Of a stretch of 64,000 nt of DNA, positions 27,993-36,603 are shown piece by piece. Numbering within the stretch: the first letter of the stretch is position 1; each line of letters begins with the position of its first letter. A model generated the notes under the pieces. The model was given only the letters and a program-made list of their open reading frames with translations. It searched no databases and had not been told where the DNA came from. The stretch is from a virus: the IMG/VR virus record IMGVR_UViG_3300032267_001484. One strand, written 5' to 3'. The translations under genes and the position numbers were made by a program.

Positions 27993-28668
27993 CTTTAAAA
28001 AACTCTGGATTATTTCTATTTAGGAAACTTTGCAAAGCTATTTTTATCATATACCATACACCTTTCTTCTTAAATCGTCTATCTGTAGTATAAACGTTAT
28101 AGCTTGCGATCTTAAATTTATCAGGTTTAACTTTGGAGCTGAGATGGTAATCTTCAGCAAGTTTATCTTCTTCATTAAATCCTCCTAATTGGTTAAAGGT
28201 TTCAGTTTTAAACAACATAAAACCCCCTATTGCTATTGGATGAACCTTAGACAAAAGTATTTGTACGATACTAAATATTTTGTAAACCCAATTATATTCA
28301 TCAGTTAATGTTCTTATATGGCATGTCATTAAAGAGTAATCTTTACTCTTCATATCACTTAAACAATGGCTTAATAAATCAGGTTTAAGTAAATATATGT
28401 CAGCATCAAGAAAAAGAACATAAGGTGTTTTTACTAATTTAGCCCCATTATTACGAGCTACAGATGGTAATCCACCTTTTACTAAGGTTACCAGTTGAGG
28501 AGAACGAGAAACATGATGGTGTAAATAAGCTATATCTTCTTCCCTGTCTGAGGAATCGGCAATTATTATTTGACAATCAATTTTTTGTAAACTAATTAAA
28601 TTGAGAACTTTAATAATATCTCTACCTTCGTTTTTACAGGGTATTACTATGGTAAGTTCTTTATTCAT
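27970..28668 (-). CDS. glycosyltransferase family 2
   Basis: IVIPCKNE, ARNNGA and LFLDAD motifs. Confidence 0.88.
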   Translation of the reverse strand: MNKELTIVIPCKNEGRDIIKVLNLISLQKIDCQIIIADSSDREEDIAYLHHHVSRSPQLVTLVKGGLPSVARNNGAKLVKTPYVLFLDADIYLLKPDLLSHCLSDMKSKDYSLMTCHIRTLTDEYNWVYKIFSIVQILLSKVHPIAIGGFMLFKTETFNQLGGFNEEDKLAEDYHLSSKVKPDKFKIASYNVYTTDRRFKKKGVWYMIKIALQSFLNRNNPEFFKDDHNYWK

Positions 28669-28688
28669 CCCCTATAAATATAGTTTAC

Positions 28689-29459
28689 TTATTCTTTACT
28701 AAACCATCCGAATCGTTTCTTCTTAGGTTCTTCTAATGAATAACCATTTCCAAATTGTTTTGATTTCCTACCATTCCAGTTCTTACCCATTTCATCTACA
28801 GTAGCATTCTCACTATCAAGATGAATACCAATTATCTCAGGTATCAAAACACGATTAACGCGAGACCATTTCTTAGCAAACTGTACATCAGTACGATCAG
28901 CAGCACCGTGTGTTTCAGGATAACGTTTTACTCCTGAGCCATTTGGATTCCAAAGCTGGAAGTAACCTATTGGTTCATAACCTTCACTCATATATTCACC
29001 AATACGAACACCAAATGGGAAGGCACTACCATGAATATAGACCCAACCTGTATGAGATGGATCAGGATTAGTTAAATATTTCTGCCACGCTTCAAAATTA
29101 GGACACATCATCCTATCAATACCATAGATATTTTTATTATCAAGTGAGATACGCCCTAATATACTTCTAGTAAGTGGGGGTAAATATATGTCAGCATCAA
29201 TGTGTAACACCCAATCGTGTTTAGACATATAATCTAACGCTACATTTATACCTCTAGCTTTATTAAAAGGGTCTCCATGTTCTGTAAACTGATTAGTTTT
29301 TAAACACTCAACATTATGGTGTTGACACAAACGTTGTGTTTTAACATCTTCAGGTGTTGTAACAATGATCCAATGATCAAACAACTGTTTGTTGTGAGCG
29401 ATGGTTTGAGCTAGGAAATCGGAATAATTAACACAGACAGTGACTGCTTGTAAGTACAT
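28689..29459 (-). CDS. GT-A fold glycosyltransferase
   Basis: FNKARGIN, WVLHIDADI and GYFQL motifs. Confidence 0.75.
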   Translation of the reverse strand: MYLQAVTVCVNYSDFLAQTIAHNKQLFDHWIIVTTPEDVKTQRLCQHHNVECLKTNQFTEHGDPFNKARGINVALDYMSKHDWVLHIDADIYLPPLTRSILGRISLDNKNIYGIDRMMCPNFEAWQKYLTNPDPSHTGWVYIHGSAFPFGVRIGEYMSEGYEPIGYFQLWNPNGSGVKRYPETHGAADRTDVQFAKKWSRVNRVLIPEIIGIHLDSENATVDEMGKNWNGRKSKQFGNGYSLEEPKKKRFGWFSKE

Positions 29460-29505
29460 AAACTTGTATTTTCAGATAAATATTAGATTAATTAATTTAC
29501 TAATA

Positions 29506-29859
29506 TTACTTTTGGTTTAATTGTTCAAGAAATTCCCAAGTTGATTTGTAGTCGTAGCAGATTGGGTTACCATTCTCATCTCTAGCTCCGAATGGATCAT
29601 CATTATTATCAACAAGTTTTCCATCAATAAGTTTTTTCTTATTAGTCCAAACTTTAGTTCCATAATCACTCTCCCAACAAAACCAACTATACCACTCATA
29701 TCCTTCTTTACCATATACTTCTTCTACAAGTACAGATATTATTTTATGGTAGTCATCAACAAATTCTACTAAATCTATCCTTAGTTTATAGGCAGCATTT
29801 ACTTGCTCTTCCATCATCTTTTGAGTCGTAATAACCTTGAGGAAATTTTCGTATGTCAT
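29506..29859 (-). CDS. hypothetical protein
   Basis: Coupled ORF. Confidence 0.6.
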   Translation of the reverse strand: MTYENFLKVITTQKMMEEQVNAAYKLRIDLVEFVDDYHKIISVLVEEVYGKEGYEWYSWFCWESDYGTKVWTNKKKLIDGKLVDNNDDPFGARDENGNPICYDYKSTWEFLEQLNQK

Positions 29860-30059
29860 AGTTTGTTTATTTCTTCTTTTACTTGAGCCAATTCAAATCC
29901 AATTGAATTTTCTTTTAATAACCCAAGTTGATTAAGTTCATTATATAGTGATATTTGTTCATCAACTGCAATGTGACAACACTGCTTTACTGTTTTAATG
30001 TACAAAGGTATATTATAAAACTTTTCATATAATAATTCAGCTTGTTCTTTTGGAGTCAT
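29856..30059 (-). CDS. small phage protein (MTPKE.A..L type)
   Basis: Coupled ORF. Confidence 0.6.
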   Translation of the reverse strand: MTPKEQAELLYEKFYNIPLYIKTVKQCCHIAVDEQISLYNELNQLGLLKENSIGFELAQVKEEINKL

Positions 30060-30060
30060 A

Positions 30061-31143
30061 TTAATTACTTAAAGGTGCTTTAATTACTGGGTGTGATTGA
30101 TAGTTTTCTACTTTAAAGGTAATATCTACATCAAAGGTATTGATAATTTCATTTACTTCTAATAAGTGCCAATTTTCATTACCAGAATTTATTATTAACT
30201 TAGGTAACTCATAAGGTGTTCTTGTGATTTGTTCTTTAGCTTGTTCAATATGGTTGTTATATAAATGCACATCACCTAAATTACCAATCAACTCATCAGG
30301 TATCATATTAACTGCTTTAGCAATGATTTCAAGTAACAATGCGTATGAAGCAATATTGAATGGTAGACCAAGAAACGTATCTACTGAACGTTGGTTCCAC
30401 ATTAATGAGATTGCCCTGGTCGGTATATTATTGTTCTCTAATTCCTTTACAGTATAATACTGTGGTAGTTTATCTTTTTCAGTTAAACCTAAATGTTTAT
30501 CCATAAGTTTAACTCGTTCTGTTTCGTCTAGTTCCCTTGTATAAACTTGAAAACCATAATGACAAGGTGGAAGAACCATTTCGTCAAGGTCTGAACAATT
30601 CCAAGCACTAACCATTAACCTTCTACTATCTGGATTTGTTTTTAGTTCAGAGATTAGGTTTGAAATTTGATCTATCTTTTTAGTAAATGTGAGGTATCTT
30701 TGATTTTCATCTATATACCATTTCTCCCAACTTCTCCACTGCTTACCATATATTGGTCCCAATTCACCAAACTTCTTAGCAAACTCATCATCGGTTTTAA
30801 ATCTTTCTAACCAAACCTCAATCGGCCATGGCTCTAATGTATTATTTTCTTCTCTATAATGCTTACACCAATTTTTATAAGCATCACCATCCCAAATATG
30901 ACAATTGTTATCAACAAGGTATTTGATATTAGTATCGCCTCTCAAGAACCATAACAATTCAGTTACCATTGTTTTAAATGCTACCTTCTTTGTAGTCAAC
31001 AATGGAAATCCTTCCTTCATGTTGTGTCTAATTTGCCAACCGAAGATTGATTTAGTACCTGTACCTGTTCTATCTGCTTTATCTACTCCAAAATGCAGAA
31101 TGTGATCCAATAGCTCTTTATACTGCCGATCTATATTATTCAT
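30061..31143 (-). CDS. thyA: thymidylate synthase
   Basis: DRTGTGT, FPLLTTKK, ELLWFL.G, GPIYGKQWR, LPPCH and QRSVD.FLGLPFNIASY motifs; promoter at 31151-31174. Confidence 0.97.
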   Translation of the reverse strand: MNNIDRQYKELLDHILHFGVDKADRTGTGTKSIFGWQIRHNMKEGFPLLTTKKVAFKTMVTELLWFLRGDTNIKYLVDNNCHIWDGDAYKNWCKHYREENNTLEPWPIEVWLERFKTDDEFAKKFGELGPIYGKQWRSWEKWYIDENQRYLTFTKKIDQISNLISELKTNPDSRRLMVSAWNCSDLDEMVLPPCHYGFQVYTRELDETERVKLMDKHLGLTEKDKLPQYYTVKELENNNIPTRAISLMWNQRSVDTFLGLPFNIASYALLLEIIAKAVNMIPDELIGNLGDVHLYNNHIEQAKEQITRTPYELPKLIINSGNENWHLLEVNEIINTFDVDITFKVENYQSHPVIKAPLSN

Positions 31144-31175
31144 AACTTAATAAATTTAAGACTCTTCCTTTGCCC

Positions 31176-31703
31176 TTAAGAAATCCGATTTTTTAACCTT
31201 GACTTTCGCTTTTTTTTTGCCACTGGAACTTCGTTCACAGCTTCTACTTTTGCAACTACTATAGGTTCCATCTTAGGTGGTTCAGGTTCCGGAACAGGAT
31301 CTGGGTATTTTTGTTTTAATTGCTCATAGAATTCAGCATCGGGATCATAATCTTCTTGTAATTTTCTCTCATTTTTAATTAATTCTGAGTAGAAAAATAT
31401 TGTAATTGGAATGATAGGACTAATAACATTCATAGCAACAAACGCTTGTGTTAGTGCTGGTTCTTGCCAATAATATAATAAATTAATAGCCCAAGATATA
31501 CATCCAAAAAACAATGCTGTGTTGCGTTTACCATACATTGTGAAAACATAAATTGATGTTTCTAATGATACAGCAAATACCCAACTCATAAAATTAGCAA
31601 AATCACCCTTTTCACCTATTAAGTAAAATACATAAGCAGCGTGAGATATCTGTGTTAATAAAGCACAGATAATAACAAAGCGTATAATATTTCTTTTATC
31701 CAT
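31176..31703 (-). CDS. four-TM membrane protein
   Basis: Four hydrophobic segments followed by a Pro-rich, basic tail. Confidence 0.65.
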   Translation of the reverse strand: MDKRNIIRFVIICALLTQISHAAYVFYLIGEKGDFANFMSWVFAVSLETSIYVFTMYGKRNTALFFGCISWAINLLYYWQEPALTQAFVAMNVISPIIPITIFFYSELIKNERKLQEDYDPDAEFYEQLKQKYPDPVPEPEPPKMEPIVVAKVEAVNEVPVAKKKRKSRLKNRIS

Positions 31704-31945
31704 TTTTATCTTCTATTATATTACCATTATCATCCATAAGTGGAGCATTAACAAATTCATAAACAACCCAAGTAGTACTTAATATGAATCCAATGATTAT
31801 GGGTATAAATATCATAATGTGTTTATTTTATCTTCTTCATCAAATAAATCCTTACCCATATAATCGGGATGATTTTTAGCCATATAATCAATTCCACCTG
31901 CCCAAAGCCAAGCTATTGTTCCTACCATAGCTAATCCTAAAATAA

Positions 31946-32440
31946 TTAATCCCACCATCTTCTAATGTTTTGTTCTAGTATTTTAAATAATAATTTATGT
32001 GCTCGTTCTTCGTTTTCACGGCCTATATAAAATGCTGTTCTGTGTTTATCTTCTGTTTTAACCTGGTTATAAATGCGAGGATATTTTTTAAAATATTCAT
32101 TGTAACTCTCTGATATTACCTCTGTTTCTGCCTCATACATACCAGGATACGATTTGCTATCAATAAAATGTATATTTAATTTACAATAGTCTTGATATTC
32201 ACAACCATAATATTCATCCTGTACTTTTTCAATCAATCTAACACATAACATCATTTTCTCAGCGTCGCGTTTAGCTGATAAATGATTGCCTCTTTTACCA
32301 ATATATTTGGCTTGGTTTTTCAGTTTGAATTTAAGTATTTCAAATATATAATAATCATCCCAATCCTGATCCTTCCATATAACCGGAAACCAACGGTATA
32401 AGTTGCGGATGCGTCTAAAGAATTGTTTCATTTTATACAT
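31946..32440 (-). CDS. conserved phage hypothetical protein
   Basis: W.PVIWKD.DWD.. and terminal WWD motif; own promoter. Confidence 0.7.
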   Translation of the reverse strand: MYKMKQFFRRIRNLYRWFPVIWKDQDWDDYYIFEILKFKLKNQAKYIGKRGNHLSAKRDAEKMMLCVRLIEKVQDEYYGCEYQDYCKLNIHFIDSKSYPGMYEAETEVISESYNEYFKKYPRIYNQVKTEDKHRTAFYIGRENEERAHKLLFKILEQNIRRWWD

Positions 32441-32621
32441 AACTTAAATATACGATCTTATTTTGCCTTAAACAAAAGTAATTGCTTTAAGTGCACTTAC
32501 ACTAACATCACGTAGTGAATCACTACCAGTAAAATCAGCTATTATTAACAAAATATCAAAAAATAAAAGTAAAGATAAATAGCAAAGGAGAGATACGACT
32601 AATGATTTTAGGATTTTCATG

Positions 32622-33038
32622 TTATAGTTTTATTAGTACCCAAAGTATACTAAATGTTACAAACAATACAATATCTACTCTAGCTTGTTTTTGGATTTTA
32701 TTTTCCCAATATAATTCTCTTTTAGCGTAATACTGCTTATTTAATTCTTCTATATTACCTGTATTACCTTGATTATTCTTTGCTACTTCACTTTGAAAAT
32801 AATCTAAATAGGCTTTATTTAATTCTGCTAACCCTTGTTGTTCTCTAAGGCTATCTTTTAGTGTTAGTATTTTAGCTTCTCTATCAGTGTAGTAACTATT
32901 AACCTGATTTGCTTGTTTAAGCGTCATTATTACTACAGAATCCTTACCTAATTTTTTGAGTATCGGATATTGGGAGTAGGATAAATTTGATACCAACATT
33001 AGTATCAGTAGCATAATCAAGTTTCTTAGATGTTTCAT
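32622..33038 (-). CDS. secreted/membrane coiled-coil protein
   Basis: Signal peptide and C-terminal TM; overlaps the upstream gene. Confidence 0.55.
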   Translation of the reverse strand: MKHLRNLIMLLILMLVSNLSYSQYPILKKLGKDSVVIMTLKQANQVNSYYTDREAKILTLKDSLREQQGLAELNKAYLDYFQSEVAKNNQGNTGNIEELNKQYYAKRELYWENKIQKQARVDIVLFVTFSILWVLIKL

Positions 33039-33291
33039 TTAAGTCTACTTTTAATTCTTTAACATTAGTATTTAAATTTGTTATCCTAGTTTTAGTTTGA
33101 GCAACTATAGCTGTTGTTTTCTGAACTGCTCGCTTTTGTACCTCTTTAGTTTTGGTGATGTTGGATTTTGCTCGTTTTAAAAGAGCAGCGAAACGCTGCT
33201 CCTCTAATAATTCTTTACTCGGTTGTTGTCCTATACTATTTACTGTAAGGATTAAAAATATAACTAATATACCTTTTACTATTGATTTCAT
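32944..33291 (-). CDS. secreted coiled-coil protein (possibly spanin-like)
   Basis: N-terminal hydrophobic helix plus coiled coil. Confidence 0.5.
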   Translation of the reverse strand: MKSIVKGILVIFLILTVNSIGQQPSKELLEEQRFAALLKRAKSNITKTKEVQKRAVQKTTAIVAQTKTRITNLNTNVKELKVDLNETSKKLDYATDTNVGIKFILLPISDTQKIR

Positions 33292-33590
33292 TTTATTTCA
33301 CCTAATGATTCTAATGTTATAATTTTCATATTGGCTGATGACAAGGCACTATCAGTTACTCTTAATAGATCACTTAATACTTCAACTTTAGTTTCTAGTT
33401 TCTCTATTCTTTGTTCTTGCTTAATCGATTGTTCCTCAAATACACCTCGTATGTCTATATACAGATACCCAATAGCTATCAGTACTATAAACATAGTACC
33501 GACAACTGGGTTTTTAGAGAATTCTTTAAATGATATAGGAGGTTTTACATTTTCCGCTACTGCACTCGCTACTGATTTCCTAGGTGCCAT
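33288..33590 (-). CDS. membrane protein with coiled coil
   Basis: One TM helix plus heptad repeats. Confidence 0.6.
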   Translation of the reverse strand: MAPRKSVASAVAENVKPPISFKEFSKNPVVGTMFIVLIAIGYLYIDIRGVFEEQSIKQEQRIEKLETKVEVLSDLLRVTDSALSSANMKIITLESLGEIK

Positions 33591-33594
33591 TTTA

Positions 33595-33852
33595 TTATTG
33601 TATTCCTGGGTTGTTTAAGGTGTCAACTATAACTTGTGTAGCAACAGTATCAACTGCTTTAGTAGATTCACTAAATATCCCTTCTACGTAAGTAACAATA
33701 GAATTAACATCTAACATACTTTCAGAAATGTATCCTTTACTTACAGCAAACACACCTGCAGCTAGAGCTAATACAGAAATAATAATAATTACTGGTTTTT
33801 TTCCTTTAACTGCGTTAATTAAGGAATTGATTTTGTCCATTGGTAAGTTCAT
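33595..33852 (-). CDS. small membrane protein
   Basis: One TM helix. Confidence 0.55.
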   Translation of the reverse strand: MNLPMDKINSLINAVKGKKPVIIIISVLALAAGVFAVSKGYISESMLDVNSIVTYVEGIFSESTKAVDTVATQVIVDTLNNPGIQ

Positions 33853-33883
33853 ACTTTTAATTTTTAATAGTTTTTTATTTTAA

Positions 33884-34123
33884 TTATCCTTCTTCAGGTC
33901 CTTGATTCTTTTTATTGATAAATTTATCAACAGAGGATATACCAAAGCAACCCAATGTTAATACCATAAAGGCATTGAATATAAATTCTTGCACTACTAA
34001 TTCTCTACCTAAATAACCAGTAACAATATCGGCTGCAGCAAAGCCAATCATAATAAGGAATGCAATAAACCCAATGATAGATTTTTCATTAATATCATTG
34101 CTGTCTTTAAATAACTTCATCAT
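33884..34123 (-). CDS. holin-like two-TM protein
   Basis: Two TM helices and a charged C-terminus. Confidence 0.55.
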   Translation of the reverse strand: MMKLFKDSNDINEKSIIGFIAFLIMIGFAAADIVTGYLGRELVVQEFIFNAFMVLTLGCFGISSVDKFINKKNQGPEEG

Positions 34124-34151
34124 AGTCTTTTAATTTTTAAATGGTTTAAAT

Positions 34152-34187
34152 AAAAAAAGGTTGCATACTTTTCAGCATACAACCTTG
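34152..34187 (-). terminator. intrinsic terminator
   Basis: AAGGTTGTATGCT-GAAA-AGTATGCAACCTT followed by a T-run. Confidence 0.8.
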
Positions 34188-34214
34188 AATTACGGCCATA
34201 AATATGTGAAATAC

Positions 34215-34400
34215 TTATTTCACCTCAGTACCGTCTTGGATTCCTCCACCCACAACAACTGTATCAACTACAACAGCAGTATCTTGTGCAAGGATTGAAT
34301 CAACAATGAATGCTGAGTCACTAGCTACTGTAGATTCTTCTGATCCACTACAAGAAATCAAAGCCATAACCATGGCAATTGCGAAAATTGTCTTTTTCAT
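34215..34400 (-). CDS. small lipoprotein
   Basis: MKKTIFAIAMVMALIS-C lipobox; four D(S/T)(A/I/V) sequons. Confidence 0.7.
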   Translation of the reverse strand: MKKTIFAIAMVMALISCSGSEESTVASDSAFIVDSILAQDTAVVVDTVVVGGGIQDGTEVK

Positions 34401-34422
34401 CTATATTTGGTTTAAAATTTAC

Positions 34423-34614
34423 TTATCCTTCTTCGTGCTCAATAATAACATCAACTGAATCTTTACCATCTATCATAATGGTATCAATTGTAGTTGTGTT
34501 TGAGTCAATTTTCAATGTATCACCTTTACTATTTGAGTAAATGTAAATATTGGTTGTTGACCCCCCACAGGAGACTAAGAATACAGAGGCAATAATAATA
34601 ACTAACTTTTTCAT
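34423..34614 (-). CDS. small lipoprotein
   Basis: MKKLVIIIASVFLVS-C lipobox; DTL, DTI and DSV sequons. Confidence 0.7.
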   Translation of the reverse strand: MKKLVIIIASVFLVSCGGSTTNIYIYSNSKGDTLKIDSNTTTIDTIMIDGKDSVDVIIEHEEG

Positions 34615-34627
34615 AATATATTTTGTT

Positions 34628-35017
34628 TGGTGGAGATAGTGGGATTCGAACCCACGTCTTCGAAAGCGACAATAATACTAACGTCTCACATGCTTAGATC
34701 TAAATTGCTTTTGATCAGTAAGGGCTGACCTTTATGGTCGTTTCCACCACTTGATTTTATGACTATCAAGAAAACTAATTCACAGTCCTTATTTAATGAG
34801 TCGATCGTGAATACTCAGTGGTTTTCTGTTCCTAGGTAACTCACACCCGGTGCGGATTAAGCTGCAAGAGCGTAATCGGCGCCTACGAAAGACATCAAGT
34901 CTTCGAAGGTCATAGTTGACATTTCGTCATTTATTGTTTAGTATCTTCTAAGGCGGTATACTCAAACGCCTGCATGTAGTATCATCTCAACATCCGAATC
35001 GATACCATGTTATCCCC
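34628..35017 (-). ncRNA. ssrA: tmRNA
   Basis: Acceptor stem GGGGATA/TATCTCC with G3-U wobble, ACCA 3' end and T-arm GTGGG-TTCGAAT-CCCAC. Tag frame after ATAAAT reads DEMSTMTFEDLMSFVGADYALAA* (34928-34857). Confidence 0.95.
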
Positions 35018-35022
35018 ATATG

Positions 35023-35340
35023 TTAAAGAACTTCTTCCTTTTTCTTTCTAGATTTTTTATCTAGGATTTTTTTAATTTCAGCACACAATTCATATTCCTC
35101 AATCGCAATCAAATCATTCATACAATTCTTAAGTAATTCATTGTATTGTGATTTTTCAATACTAAATATTAGACTTGACATATCCTTAAATGTAATATCA
35201 AATATGTCAATTTGTGGTTTACTACGCTTTACAGCACTTATTACACACTTAGTCATTTTTAAGATTAATCCTGGATCTCGATCCTTCATTGCTTTAATGA
35301 ATTCTTGATTATCCTTAAATTGTAAATAATGACATGCCAT
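35023..35340 (-). CDS. protein with C-terminal UVR (UvrB/C) motif
   Basis: CMNDLIAIEEYELCAEIKKIL; apparent paralog of 38829-39128. Confidence 0.6.
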   Translation of the reverse strand: MACHYLQFKDNQEFIKAMKDRDPGLILKMTKCVISAVKRSKPQIDIFDITFKDMSSLIFSIEKSQYNELLKNCMNDLIAIEEYELCAEIKKILDKKSRKKKEEVL

Positions 35341-35380
35341 AATAATAAATATTAGTTACTGTCTTCGACCTATTTATTTG

Positions 35381-35647
35381 TTATTTGTTATTTGTTAATT
35401 TGTTTTCTAATTTATCTAAACGTGAATCCATTGAACGAGTAATGTCATCAGCACGATCTGCTATTTCTTTGTAAACATTACTTATTTCATGGCTAAAATA
35501 CCTTTCTGTAGTTTCTAAATATTCTTTTACTTTATTTACCTTAACAAAAGCGTAAACAGCAACTATTGTTGTAGCAATAACCACCACAAACGCTATCCCT
35601 AAAATGAATGATAGTGTTTCCATAATTTGTTTTTCCTTATATGTCAA
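35381..35647 (-). CDS. membrane-anchored coiled-coil protein
   Basis: TM helix plus coiled coil; probable start METLSF; bracketed by inverted repeats. Confidence 0.6.
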   Translation of the reverse strand: MTYKEKQIMETLSFILGIAFVVVIATTIVAVYAFVKVNKVKEYLETTERYFSHEISNVYKEIADRADDITRSMDSRLDKLENKLTNNK

Positions 35648-35663
35648 AGAACAGTAACTAATG

Positions 35664-35748
35664 TACCTGGAGCCGGACTCGAACCGGCACGGTCACTTCT
35701 GACCAACAGATTTTAAGTCTGTCGAGGCTGCCATTACTCCACCCAGGC
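35664..35748 (-). tRNA. tRNA-Leu(UAA)
   Basis: GCCTGGG/TCCAGGT acceptor, ACAGA-CTTAAAA-TCTGT anticodon arm, long variable arm, GCCGG-TTCGAGT-CCGGC T-arm; CCA not fully encoded. Confidence 0.93.
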
Positions 35749-35754
35749 ATAATT

Positions 35755-36288
35755 TTAATACAACTTATCTAGTATAATAGATTCTACTACACTTTGTCTA
35801 CTAAATGCTTCTCGTTCCCATGGTCTCCTCTCATATTCTTCTTCCAAGATATAAACTTCACCTTGCCACTTTACTTCTTCATTTTCATATACTAATTCAC
35901 CTGATTCATACTGAAGGATATGAATTATTTCATGTGATAGAACTTCTATTGCTTCTGATTTATTAAGTGCTCCTACAAATAGATAGTATATTCCATTATG
36001 GAGTCTAATATGTGCTTTTAACTCACCATCAAATTGCTTTTTAGCAGCATCACTCATACCATTAATAACAACAGTTACTCCATTTAACCCAACACCATCC
36101 ATCCCTACTGCTAATATTGTATCATAGTAATGTATATTATCTAGTGAATTAACTATTGAATTTGTAGTTGGTAATTCTATTTGATTGAAATATTTTTCTT
36201 CACTATTACTAGTTACAGCTAAAATAGCTACAGTTACTAACCCTATTATTAGTAATGATATTCCTATTTTCTTAAAATCAAATTTCAT
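35755..36288 (-). CDS. membrane-anchored zinc metallopeptidase (HExxH)
   Basis: N-terminal TM; LSHEIIHILQY and PWEREA motifs. Confidence 0.75.
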   Translation of the reverse strand: MKFDFKKIGISLLIIGLVTVAILAVTSNSEEKYFNQIELPTTNSIVNSLDNIHYYDTILAVGMDGVGLNGVTVVINGMSDAAKKQFDGELKAHIRLHNGIYYLFVGALNKSEAIEVLSHEIIHILQYESGELVYENEEVKWQGEVYILEEEYERRPWEREAFSRQSVVESIILDKLY

Positions 36289-36442
36289 TATACAAATTTT
36301 ATTTGCAACTCTATTCTCCAGTGGAGTTGCTTTACACCGCTAACTGACGATTTAGAGGGGTAGTGTGCATTGTTAAGAGGCATCCCTGAGTTTTCGTTCC
36401 ACTGGCCTAGTGGCTGATAATTTAGGTGGCTCACTGTGTTCA

Positions 36443-36602
36443 GGCTGTCAAGGGAGGATTCGAACCTCCAAACTGCGATTCGATATTTGACAAAATAAGC
36501 CGGCTTTGTGGTCAACCCATATCTAAATACCTATTTCGTTTTTCAGCGCCCACGAGACGAGTGGGTGTGTTTGCCATGGATATACCCTTTCACCACTTGA
36601 CA
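36443..36602 (-). ncRNA. oversized tRNA-like RNA (Asp-like) with about 75-nt structured insertion
   Basis: TGTCAAG/CTTGACA acceptor followed by G-CC; GGAGG-TTCGAAT-CCTCC T-arm; CCCAC-TCGTCTC-GTGGG arm; enlarged D region. Confidence 0.65.
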
Positions 36603-36603
36603 A

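Noticed and set aside
30061-31143. Intron or intein in thyA
   Set aside because: The frame is continuous; the two insertions are short and lack intein or intron hallmarks.
36300-36445. Self-cleaving ribozyme (HDV-like/theta or hammerhead) in the tRNA trailer
   Set aside because: A possible P1 (GCCTG/TAGGC) exists, but the L3 loop is too long and lacks the HDV consensus. Plus-strand CTGACGA has no following stem II and GAAA. Kept only as an unassigned structure.
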